NCBI GenBank assembly: GCA_037379345.1
Contig: CM074521.1
Span: forward strand, 6,138,001-6,202,000
Length of the DNA stretch: 64,000 bases
Direction of reading: 5' to 3'
Source of the DNA: Perna viridis
Lineage: Eukaryota
Shown one piece after another: positions 52,901-64,000 of this stretch. The notes under the pieces were generated by a model. It ran no database searches. It worked only from the letters and a program-made list of their open reading frames with translations, and was not told the origin of the DNA. Both the position numbers and the translations under genes were made by a program. Within the stretch, counting starts at the first letter, position 1. Each line of letters begins with the position of its first letter.

Positions 52901-55001
52901 CACATTATTACATATATTATTGTACAGGAACATACTTGGAAATTAACAAGTAGTTGAATTACTCTCCAAACCTTTCAAGACTTCAAATTTACTTTCAAGA
53001 ATGAAAGTCCTGCAGTTTTTAGAATCTTACATGTCTATGTACAACTGAAAGGTCCACAAGAAGAGATTGAATGGTCTTCAGTAAAAAATGTACATGTACA
53101 AATGTAGAAAATTGGTACATGTACTTGTAGGCTTAGGACCAAGGTGAACAAAATTTCAACGGTCCTCACCCCTGGACCTCGGACCAGTGCATATGAACCC
53201 ATGAACAATTTGGATGGGCCAACAATTCACAAAAATACATATACATGTCCAATGTACCTACAGTTTTTCCATGTTCTTTGTGAAGATTATTTAGGATATC
53301 TATGACACTGTAAGGTCTGTTTTGTTTGTTGAGGTAGTCAAGAACTGCAGAGATAGCTGTAAATAAACAAATCACATGTACATAGTATGTACACTACAAT
53401 GTACATGCTTTGTACATGTATACTGTAGTGTGTGAAACCTTGTTCTTTTTTTCTTCTTGGTGAAATTTCTTCACTTTTTACACAATTCCTTCATGCGTGT
53501 ATGATTTAAAAAAAAAAAAAAGTTCATCACAAATTTTTCTTAAATTTCAACACTTATCTCATTTACAAAATTGCCAATTTAATTACATGTATAATACAAA
53601 AAATGTATGCAAATGAAAACACAATATTATTGCCAGCTTCCAACATCACACACAGTGACAGAACTTATCAATCATCACAAAAAGCAGTCATTACATTAAT
53701 TAGTGTCATAATCTATTGATTTAATTAGCAAATCTTTTCTTTACACAAAATTAGTCACTCTGTAAAAACTAATAACATAATGATGTGATTAAGTTATAAT
53801 TAAGCAGTGTTCCAAGACAGATGACTTTAGATAAGTGACCAATAGTTATCAGCAAAACAGGAAAATAAAAATTTCACTTTGAAACACAATCAGTGAATGG
53901 GATTAAAATTTTAAGAATGGGCCACTTCTAATGATTTTCAGAACTTCAATGGGCCATTCTTTAACATTCTATGAAAAAAATTCTGATTTTAATGGGACTT
54001 TTTCAGCAGGAATGTGATATAAATCACAGGGCCCCCTTTAATCCTAATCACTGCACAGTGAAAGCCTTTCTTTATTCAACATGAAATAAGGATTCTTCTT
54101 GTTTTGCTTTGGTTATTTTTTGGTGTGATAATTCAATTTTTGTTACATGTACAAATGTATGTTTGTGCATGTGTGATTCATTGTTTATTGGATCCTGAAA
54201 ATTGCATACACTGTAATGCAAAAGTTATTTCGTCCATTTTAAGGCCAAAACATGGATTTTTCAAACTGTGGGAAATAAACCTTGCATTTTCAATATATAT
54301 GATGAATTTTCTATGACTGTTGATGCATAAAAGATTATTAGTATTGCCAATTTATGGTCCACAAACACTAATTTCTTATGGGATTCAGTATCCGGAGTCA
54401 TATTCTGATTTGGTTGCCCATAGCTCCTAACACGGAATTCCAAAAAGAATTACACAAAGAGTGACCAGTGCTCACCTTTAGCCAGTAGCTTAATCCCTTT
54501 TGGGATTCTGTGCCAAGATATTTTTTGTTTTGACCACAACATCGACGGTGGTCAAAACACAAAAAATATTTCCCTAGAGGGATTACCACTAGCCCAAAGG
54601 TAGTGGCTAGTAAAAATTGATCTGGGTTTGTGAAATGATGTGTACTTCTCTAGTTTCCGTCTAGTTGAATCCTATTCAGTCCTCCGTTATTCCTGCTAGC
54701 CTTTTAGAATTTTGTAAGAAAAGACAGAAAACACTAACAGGGAGCGTATATATAGACAATATATAAAGAAGATCTAGCTTATGGGCTAAACATTTCAGCC
54801 TGAAAATGTCTAAAGATTTCAGGTTCCAGTGCCCGCAGTGGGCTTACAGCGAGTTACACGACGTATGATACATTAACATTATTAGTGTCTTTTCAGATAT
54901 ACAAAAAAGTACAGTAAAGATATAATAGTATATCTGCATATAATATTCTATGTTATACTTATTAACGCATTGATACCAAGAGATTCTTTAGATTTACTCA
55001 T
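46984..55001 (-). CDS. PSMC3IP: Homologous-pairing protein 2 homolog (HOP2/TBPIP), 212 aa
   Basis: 9 exons in frame (639 nt): 55001-54977, 53356-53262, 52275-52186, 51547-51436, 50271-50201, 49130-49056, 48665-48612, 47991-47932, 47040-46984. HOP2 motifs: VLDYLNKQNRPYS, GKIKEKVNGKQKCYFADQ, KEWRKRKRM, ILEGYPKTKKQLYEEVGIETDE. Confidence 0.96.
47078..47368 (-). mobile_element. Penelope-like 3'-end fragment in the last PSMC3IP intron
   Basis: AGTAATCAAGGGAACCAAG...GGACCAGGTGCACCGGTAG...GAAAACTATGAC...AATCAGTTTTCATG; includes the RT stop region. Confidence 0.82.
50371..50518. mobile_element. Small palindromic MITE inserted in a diverged Penelope-like 3' fragment
   Basis: CATAAAAACATCTCAA...TTCCTA / TAGGAAA...TTGAGATTTTTTTATG inverted arms. 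Confidence 0.5.
50860..51131 (+). mobile_element. 3' end of an RTE-clade LINE
   Basis: Decayed RRRMK*IGHV...KVALHWTPDGKR/GRPKTTWRRTIEAEM...AKDRHGWRSFVAAL followed by a TAAGTAA tail. Confidence 0.85.
51610..51750 (-). repeat. Short interspersed repeat family (other copies ~8640-8770 +, ~20360-20405 -, ~21960-22010 +)
   Basis: Shared AAAGAGACAACAA.CCCACC.GGATGAAAAATGTCA...AAGGCCACCCA sequence. Confidence 0.65.
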
Positions 55002-55181
55002 GTTTTTGCATTTGTTTACGTTTGAAGTTTGGCGGGAGTTATCCAAGAGCAGACAACTGCTTCCTGTTTACTAGAGTTGTGTCCCCCTTGATGACGCACT
55101 TCCTGGATACCGTCACCTCGATCTATTATTTATTATATTCAACAACACAGTGTACGTTAGAATAAAAACAGATCAAGCAAG
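55002..55181. promoter_or_regulatory. Bidirectional promoter shared by PSMC3IP and ENKUR
   Basis: Divergent ATGs at 55001 and 55182. Contains TTTGAA (CHR-like, 55021) next to TTTGGCGGGA (E2F-like, ~55028), two TGTTTAC forkhead motifs (55013, 55065), CTTCCTG ETS-like motifs and TGACGCA. Confidence 0.75.
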
Positions 55182-57617
55182 ATGTACACACGGGACGACG
55201 AGCCAACTATTTACAATCTAATTCCAGAAGCAGAAATTAAGAAGGAAAAACCTCCAAGGTAGGATTTCATGTGTTAAAAAACTATAATAAAAGCAAACAA
55301 AAAACAAAGTTAGCTTAGTTATGTCAATAATGTCATCTACTGTATATACATTTGCTGAATGTTACCTTTTTGATAAAATGAAATCAAAGTAGTTTTATTC
55401 TTTTTCGTGTATATGTTGAAGTTTTAAAAGAATAATGCATATCAATTATTCCAAAGTTGAACAGTTCATGAATAAAATATTACTGAATTAAGTGAGACTG
55501 GAGAAATTGAAATTCATGCCACTTACTCCTTGAGCTTCTTCGTCAGTTCAAATCATAGTTCTGCATTTTACATGTTTGTTGTGATGACATGAAATCCGAT
55601 CAGTTGGAGTAAATTCATGTAAATCCATTTTTTGCCACCTTGCAGACCTTTTTATTGGACCAATATTACATTGTATATCATACCCTCAGTTTTTGTTTTA
55701 CTATTTTTAGACATCACTATCATTTACAACATAAAATATTGATATTTTATTATGCAGGTGCAATGTACAACATGAAACACAAGTTCATAAAAAACGTCAG
55801 ATCATACCCCAATAAATCTGGAATCAAATTTAACTTGGTCCGTTCCATCTTTTCACACCACAGGCATTAGTAATCTCTGCTTGGATTCAACCATGAATAT
55901 ATTTTTTTATGACCACCACATCTTTACATTATTGCAGAAAATTTGGCTAACATAAATCACATTTTTTTTTCTCTTTTAGACATGTCTCAAAATTCAGAGA
56001 TACAGCAAAGGAAGAGTATGTTAAAAGCAAAGGTGATCACAAAACAATGGGGCAAGCTAAAGTTCCTGTCAGGGACCCAGAAAACTTTATGAAGAAACGA
56101 GAAAAAGAACCAGTTTTACCAGACAGTAAGTACAATCTTTCCTAAATTTAGGGTTTTTGTGAACAGTTAAATATTGAGAAGGTGACAGTATTTAATACAT
56201 AATATTGTTTTCAAATCTTTGAAAAAATTCTACAACATATTTTTGGTCAATTTGAACCCTGATGTACTTAAAGTAATAATCAGTGTACTAGTGTTTGTTT
56301 TCAATCATCATTTTGGATAGTCTCACTCTTGAGTTCACAAGTCTTGAAGTGTAGGGATGGTTAAGCCTTTAAACATATCTTTGTTCATGACTTTGATTCC
56401 ATAATATAATCACTTGTGAGCACTTCATTATCATATATTTACATTCAATATTTTCATTTTAGGGAGAGAATTCCATTATCCAGATGAGACTAGAAGACGA
56501 CCACCTGTTCCAACAACCAAAGATCAACCTTTAATGGGCCTTAAGACATCAAAGAACTTCATCACAAACAATGCTGTGCAAAATATTACATCAGTACCTA
56601 AAGTTCCTGCAAAAATCTATGTTGACACAAGAAAGGGAGATAAAAATTTATTGGAACCATCGGGATTGGAACCAGTCTATGTTCACAGAAAGGTAAACCT
56701 CAGTTTTTCAGATATTAGGACTGAATTAGTCTTGGAATGAAGAGACTAAGAAAGAAAAACAGATGGTGTGAAAAGACATTAAATCAAGGGATCCAAAAAG
56801 GATATTTTAGAAAACGCTGTGATTTGAAAATATCAATTTTCTAGTAAATTGATTACTTTTTTCTTTGTTTTATTGCCATTTAATTACCCAAATGTATGGG
56901 ATAGCCTTCAACAAAGAATTGCACTGTACATTCTTTTGGTGTATTCTTCTGACATCAAATAGGAAATTGAAAATCCACTTTTCATATACTAATGCAATAA
57001 CTCAATTATGTATTGTACATTGGAAGGCTTTTAGAAGCAATGATACAGAATACAACACATTATCATAACATTTTTTCACAAAGAATGTATGAAGCATGCC
57101 CTTATGAATTGGGTACAGATGTGCTAAAGACATGTCCTCTAGCTTTTCAAAGGCAACATAGATGTATTTTTTTCTGCCAAAGCTATGTTGCTCTTTTCAA
57201 TAAATGAAAAGTTTCTTTTCAGGAGATTGGCCAATAGTACGTAAACATGACATGCTTTTTTTCTTTGTATGCAAATTAAATGTCATGTTGTATTTCTAAC
57301 AGGATTTCGGAGAAACACCAAAATACTTAGAAAAAAGAAAGGAAGAAATGAGAAGAGCACAAGAGGAATATGATGCATACGTGGCTGAACATTTCAGGAG
57401 GGGAGCAATGAGATCACTTTCAGCAGTGGAAAGAGAGGCAATTTTACAAGGACTTAAGAAAAATTGGGAAGAAATTCATGATCAATACCAAGGATTATCA
57501 GTGGTCACTGATACCGCTCCTAAGAAAAATAGGAAAGAGAGAATGGAAGCTGAAATGAAACAACTGGAAAGAGACATTGAAACCATTGAACGTCACAGTG
57601 TTATCTATGTTGCATAA
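55182..57617 (+). CDS. ENKUR: Enkurin (ciliary/flagellar microtubule inner protein), 255 aa
   Basis: 4 exons in frame (768 nt): 55182-55258, 55980-56125, 56463-56692, 57303-57617. Enkurin motifs: IYNLIP...KPPRHVSKF, KTMGQAKVP, KNFITNNA, LEPSGLEPVYVHRKDFGETPKYL, LQGLKKNWEEIHDQYQGLSVVTDT...KERMEAEMKQLERDIETIE. AATAAA at ~57728. Confidence 0.96.
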
Positions 57618-58784
57618 CTAAAATCTTTAAATATGAATCTAGTAGAAGAACTTGAATATTCTTACGTGGTGAATGAAAAAGACAGTGCTAAAAAAACATC
57701 ATTGTTATAAATTTCAAAAAATTCTCCAATAAAATAAGTTAAATTTCACCAGAAATTACCAACAATGTAAAAATATATCACAGTTTTAAAAATTTTGAGA
57801 AATGTAAAAGTGATGTATTCTGTGATAACAAAATATGTCCCTGTTTTGTTGAACATGAATTTTAGTTATTCATTGTACAGATAATGTATTTAACAAAAAC
57901 TTGTTCCCAAAGTAAATGTTATTTTATTCACTATGCGAACAGGTGTTTTTATATTATATTAAAATTTTAATTAAGTTTTTTTTTTCTTTTAATGTATTCA
58001 TACTCTGTATTACAACACATACTATATTGACTAGTAGTGCCCATATGTGTGTCTGGTTGGCAATTTTAATTGGTTTGTTTTAGAACTTGGGATATGATTA
58101 TGAAACTTGGTATAAATATACTTGTACTTGAGATTATAATGTAGGGGTTTTGCTGGCCTTAGATCATTATAGGCCCATTCATATAGGAGCCTATGGAAAT
58201 ATTCAGGATTTCAGTGGGACATTGAAAAAAAAGATGGACCCTTGCAAATTTTCAATTGGCCAGAAATCCCTTAATACTGTCATAAGGCACAAATAAACAA
58301 TGTATTTTGGTGCCTTATCAAGGACCCCAGTAAAATGAATGACCTGTTTAATTCTATTTCGACACATTTTCCCATACATTGAAAGGGCCCATCCCAAGAT
58401 AATTGCCATGATGTGTCTTTAGAGTAAAATGTACATGAATTAAAAGAAAAAAAATGGAGTTCCAGTAAATAGGGGAATATCATAAGGGTTACTATATGTA
58501 TAAATATATTGAACACATAAGCTGACAAGGACAAAACAAAAAAGGCAAAACATAGTCTGTTTGAAAGGCCAAAACATGCCATTAATCACAAGACTGTGAA
58601 AAGTCCAAGATATTTGCTATAGCATTAACATTTTCAAACATTCTTGTATTCAAACAAGTAATATGAAATAAGATTCAAAGTTGAAAAATCCATAAGATAA
58701 GTCTACAAAACTGGCATACATCTTTTTATTCATAATTGTGTTCTAGCTTGGATCTGAAAATAAAGAAGCACAAGTGGATGGCAC

Positions 58785-59007
58785 TTAAGGAGTAGACCTA
58801 AGGTAAAATACACAACTCTAAAATCATTGGAACGTTTGTATTCAGACTCTTTATATCATGATCAACAGCATGTAAGCATCAAAGTAACTTGGATTGATTT
58901 CATTCTGTTTCAACTGAAAGCTTGAAAGGCTTAGGTGAAATCGAATATGATACCAACATATCACTGATTTTAAGAGTTATGCCCCTTACCTAGGTCTACC
59001 TCCTTAA
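58785..59007. mobile_element. TTAA-flanked MITE, same family
   Basis: TTAAGGAGTAGACCTAAGGTAA ... TTACCTAGGTCTACCTCCTTAA; body matches 8987-9206. Confidence 0.8.
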
Positions 59008-60084
59008 AGTGAAATTAAATGAACCATAGACCTCAAATTTTTATAAATGTTTTAATACACCTACTTTATATTGCACTTTAATTTATCAGCATTGTTCATA
59101 TCATACAGAGGTGGCTTGGTAACATTTCATATCAAAATTTCATCAGAGCAATTAGAACTTATGAGGAGATACACTCCGAGGAACACAGGACTTATGGGAG
59201 GGGTGCAAAGCCCCTCATTTACTACCTACAACTAAAACTTTAATAAAGTTGGGAGTCAACAGGAAGAATGATTGCAGGTTCTGGAATATCTTGCTTTCTC
59301 ATTCAAACCTTCTTCCATGAACATATGAATATTATTAAAGGAATGTTTGTAATTTTATACACTTAAGTTAAAAACCCTGAAATAATAATTTATTCATTAT
59401 CAAAACATTTTAAGTTTGGGATTATTTGAACCAGGGAGTGCGGACCAATTGATGTTAATGACGTAGTACCAAGCCAGGTTATACAAAATAACCTGGTTTC
59501 CTCAAAGAGAACTAACCAATTAGAAATATTGTTATATATTAACTTAAATTATAAATCAGTATTATTGTTAAAAGTTCAAACACTTGGACTAAAATGCAAA
59601 ATACAAGGTTGGATTTTCAAGCAGTGTAAGACCTCTAGATATTAATTTTTTTTGTTGAAATGAAAGTTAATTTTTTAACCTTCGGAACTTCTATACAGAG
59701 ATATCATTACTAAGCATATCACAACATGTTACGATCATACAACATAATCATAATTTCTGGCAACTAATTCCTAAACAATAACCTCATCAACCAAAAAACT
59801 AATAACCTGTGGTACAACTTCATAGAGAGCTGTTCTGCTGACATCAAATGGAATTGATCAACAATGTTGCAGTGGCTGACAACACATGTTACAACTTGCA
59901 AATGATTTGTAATCATACAAAAACAGTATCTTGGAAAGAACATTCGAAGAAAATTAATATTTTTCAAACAGACAAAAAGAAAGCACTTGCTTGTTGAAAA
60001 ACTTTTAAACTTATCAAAGACATGTTTCGTCTATTACACATGGTCACTGTCCAGTCCCATAAAATTTTATAGTGACTGTTTGGA

Positions 60085-60690
60085 CAAATGCATGATACAG
60101 ATATGGAATTATTATGTAGTCATGATAATGCAGATGCCCCTGACCTAATCACAAAACTTAACATTAAAACCTTAAGAAGAAATTTTTAAGGCAATAGACC
60201 ATGACTGCAGTGGCATTTACATGACAGAGATGCAGAATTGTGATAAATTGATGCTAATGCAACAATGTATCAAATATGATTGACATAGCGCAAGTAGTTC
60301 ATATTAAAATTACATAATCAGACGTAACATTAAAAAGCTCAAGAAATTTTTAATTTCGAAGTCAATTGACCATGACTGCAGGAGCATATGCATGAATCCA
60401 AAACATAATTGTGATGCAGTGATACTAAACATACATGTACCAAATATGATTGACCTATCACAAGTTGTTCATATTATAGTGACCAAAGCAGAAAATTGAA
60501 CATTAAATTTTTAGCAGGAAATTTTAACTTCAAAGTCAATGGATCGTGACTTTTGGGATATCTGCAGGAAACAAATATGGAATTGCAATTTAATGATGCT
60601 AATGCAATTGCATACCAAATATGATTGACCAAGCACAAGTGGTTCACATTAAAATTTTTAAAACTAATCAGAAAACTCAGCATAAAAATC
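60085..60690. repeat. Degenerate ~172-bp tandem repeat (about 3.5 units)
   Basis: GACCATGACTGCAG...AATTGTGAT...CAAATATGATTGAC...CAAGT.GTTCATATTA recurring at ~60196, 60368 and 60540. Confidence 0.7.
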
Positions 60691-63383
60691 TTCATGTGGA
60701 TGCCGAAACACAATACCTTAGTCACACATTTCATAACTTGTTGTAGGCAAGACAAAAATGAAAATAAACCATATTTTCATAGTGTTGTCCAATTAAATAG
60801 AAATTAAGTTTGGTGTGGCTGCCTGTGGCCTAAAATCATACGCGTAGGAAACGGTACGGATGGTATTGCCCCAACCGCACCAATAATTTTGACAGGTACT
60901 GTATGCCATACCAATAACTTTCACGGTGAAGTCTTGTGTCCCTTACCAATAAGTTTTTGCCTCCTTTGCCTATGAAAATGATAAACACTTGATTAAATAG
61001 GCAGTGACTCTTTTGAACTGGGAATATTAAAAGAAAAGAAAATAAACAAAAACAATGTGCCTGAGAAATTTTATTGCAAAACATTCCTACATTGTGCATA
61101 TAATGCTCAATTGTTAAAAATCTTTTTAAAACCACTAACTTGTCATAGCTAATTCAGTCTGACTAACAAAGCTTGTAAGAACCTTTTTTTTCCATATTTC
61201 AGTCGAATGTTGTAAATCCATTTAAATACAATAGTCTCAACTGTCTAAAATGTCTTTAATTCCTTTTTTAAACCTATGAATTTTCAAATAGAAGTACAGT
61301 GTATCTGATGTTTTAAATTCAACATGTTATTTATATTAAGAGCAGTTCCATAAAAAGATATGCAGTATCCGGGGCAGGCATTTATTCACCAGGGGAGCCA
61401 CGCATAGAAGTTCTATTGATGTTTTGTATTAAATTTTATATTTTGTCAAAAGACCTGAACACTCACCCATATACAAAGAATAAAAGTGCCCCCATGTCCC
61501 TCATACATTTTACTGGAACAGCCTCAACTTCTTTTTTCCTATATGAATGCATATTATGTCCTCTATAAAGATTCAGGTTTTAAAAATATTTTTAAAAAAA
61601 GTTACTTAAACTGCATAAAATAAGATTTACACATGAATATTGGAAATAGAATGCCAACTTTTCAAATAAATGTATATATAGACACTGAGTCTATCTGTCA
61701 TAAAATTATGTAGTATTCCTTATACATAGTATCTGGTTGATGGAGGCACATTGATATACAAACAGAAGAGTACACAAACTACTTATTAAAGTTATTAGTT
61801 TTAATTAACATGACTAATAATCCACAAAATCGTTCCTAATTGACAATGAAAACAAGCTTCTGCCAACACATCAAGTGCTACTTCATCAAAACAATAAACA
61901 TCCTACTCTTAAAGAAAAAAACAATAACACAGAAACAAGTACATGAAGTAAATACTATCAATACACAACATCTCAGTATTACATATATTGCATACTGCAC
62001 AGAGTTTAACACAGTGAGGGAATAGGTTTGATCTTGCTTTGATTGAATGATCATTACCTTGACCTAGATAATTAAGTGCACAATTAGCCAGGAGAATTAA
62101 ACTTTCTATCAAACACAAATTTACATTTCTCCCAATCTAAGCCCAGTAATTAAATTGCACATGACTTTTTAACCATTGAGCAGTGATCAAATTTCTGAGA
62201 GAGTTTTCCCGCCATTTTACATTTCTACATATTTCATGGGATAATCATGTTCTCCTAAAATGCTCCTGAGGATAACAAGATTTCTCCACCTCAATAGATA
62301 AATTTAGATATAACCTACTTGCTGAAGCTTGTCGGTTGAAAATCTAAAATTTCACTATTTCAAGCAGAGAAATCTTGTAATCCCCTTGACATTGAAGGAG
62401 AATCTCTATGTACCTACATCTAATACAATGATAGAAAGTTTCGATTGTTAACTGTCCATTCAACTGCATAAAACATTTCCTCAGGTAATTGATATTCAAT
62501 CATTTGAAGACCATTTTTTTCCCATGATATCAAATATGTTACTCGTTGTAAGTAAAGCATAATTAAGTAGTGTCTTTGAAAGAATCATGCAAAATCTGAA
62601 AAATGTGATACACCCAAAAAAAGGCTACATATTTTTATTTTTGTAATTAAGTTGTTTTATGGGTCTATACTATGAAATATGTAATTATTCATTCAAATCT
62701 GCCTGCTCTTAGGAGATGATCAACATTGAAAATACAGTAGATTCTAATGTATTTGAGCACCATTTACAGAGTTATCTCCCTTAATTTTGAAATCTACAGT
62801 GCATTCTATTTAATTTTTATCTCCTAAGAGCACAGGTTATATGAAAAACCACGTTTATTTCTGTTTACTATGACATTTCAAACAAAATATCAAAAATCAA
62901 AATTTGTAGGCTTTTTACCCATTTTGCATGATCTTTAGCTCGAGTGCTACTTAAAATACTATATCTAAAACAAAACCTATAGTTTACATGATAAAACAAA
63001 AATCAGATTTAACTCAAAATGGTGATTGTTACTATAATCATATGTTTTGTTTCACCTCTTCAGCCGCTAGAAAATTCTACATAAAAAAAAAGATCTTCAA
63101 ATTAAATTCGAGATACATGTTATCTTTTAAATAAAAAAGCAGATGACATGTTGAAAATTGCTACATGATGAAGTCTAACTGCTATGAAAACTTCTTGAAG
63201 AAACAAATCAAAACTTTCAAATTGTTATGCATGAACAATGGCCAATAAGTATTTTGCATTTTTTTTCATATGCTGCCTTTTTGATATACATGTAAAATGA
63301 AACACCAGTTTGGTATTTTGATTATCAACTAAATGCAGTTAATGAGACTCTTGTCATAGATCATTCCCCATTATGTTCCAGAA

Positions 63384-63545
63384 TCAGGAGTCCATCATCA
63401 AAGCATCTACAGCACTCTGAGCTTCCATTCCCATAATGCTTTGTTCTTCTTGGGTCAGGCCGCTTTGACTGGATTCCCTTTCATGATATTCCTTAACTTC
63501 CTTGTCATATCTCTCTTTCTCATGTTCATACATGTCATAATAAAC
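63384..63545 (-). CDS. Terminal exon of an HMG-box protein (possibly NHP10/TFPT-like); the rest of the gene lies beyond the right edge
   Basis: Acceptor AG at 63547-63546, then VYYDMYEHEKERYDKEVKEYHERESSQSGLTQEEQSIMGMEAQSAVDALMMDS*. The Y...EKERY.KE.KEY pattern is helix 3 of an HMG box. The subfamily call is tentative. Confidence 0.72.
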   Translation of the reverse strand, partial: VYYDMYEHEKERYDKEVKEYHERESSQSGLTQEEQSIMGMEAQSAVDALMMDS

Positions 63546-64000
63546 CTATAAAAACAAACAAAAATATAAAATAATGTCCCAATTTTTAACCTACAATGTT
63601 AGATTTTCTATTCTCAATACTGAGCCAAATTATATATAGAATATACAACTATAGCAAGTTGATTATTGAAATTTCTCATATCTAGAGAAATAATTTTACC
63701 TACTTTTAATAGCAAGGCTTGCTTGAGATATTAAAACTATGAAAATTTATTTCTTGAGATATGAGAAATTAATATCATTGAGCTTGATGTTGTAGATTCA
63801 ATTCATTGTAATTTTTCAAAATGAAAACTTGGGCTTCATTAGGCATCATTCTCACAGCAGAAATTCTAGCTATTGTCTATCTATGACATCAACAGTTGTA
63901 ATGGAAGAAAAAAGTCATAAATGTCACAACCTCGCTTTCTACCAATGATATTTTATAGACAAAGTGATACAATCACACAACAACCAAACACCCCTTTATA

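Overview
AT-rich eukaryotic (animal) genomic DNA with GT-AG spliced genes. The repeat content resembles a bivalve mollusc, probably a mytilid (inference). Most entries in the ORF track are spurious or are exon fragments, so I rebuilt the genes by hand from splice sites and reading-frame phase. Five protein-coding genes result. (1) Minus strand, 12100 to 1483 and continuing off the left edge: a membrane-anchored enzyme with an HYEQ/RDHS-motif domain fused to a PEP-synthase/PPDK-type ATP-grasp domain (PigC/RPH/YvkC-like). (2) Plus strand, 32631-45198: a ~912-aa protein with a helical N-terminus, ZU5/UPA-like domains and a death domain, whose N-terminus is built from nine consecutive symmetric phase-2 exons. 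(3) PSMC3IP/HOP2, minus strand, 55001-46984. (4) Enkurin, plus strand, 55182-57617, head-to-head with HOP2 across only 180 bp. (5) The last exon of an HMG-box gene, minus strand, 63545-63384. Introns and the 16-30 kb intergenic region are full of mobile DNA: a decayed Penelope-like (Naiad-type) RT with about 10 3'-end fragments carrying a conserved structured-RNA-like motif, an internally deleted hAT nested in a TTAA-flanked MITE, an RTE LINE tail, SINEs, Helentron-like elements, other MITEs and minisatellites. No rRNA, tRNA or CRISPR array was seen. No database search was run; family names come from motif recognition.
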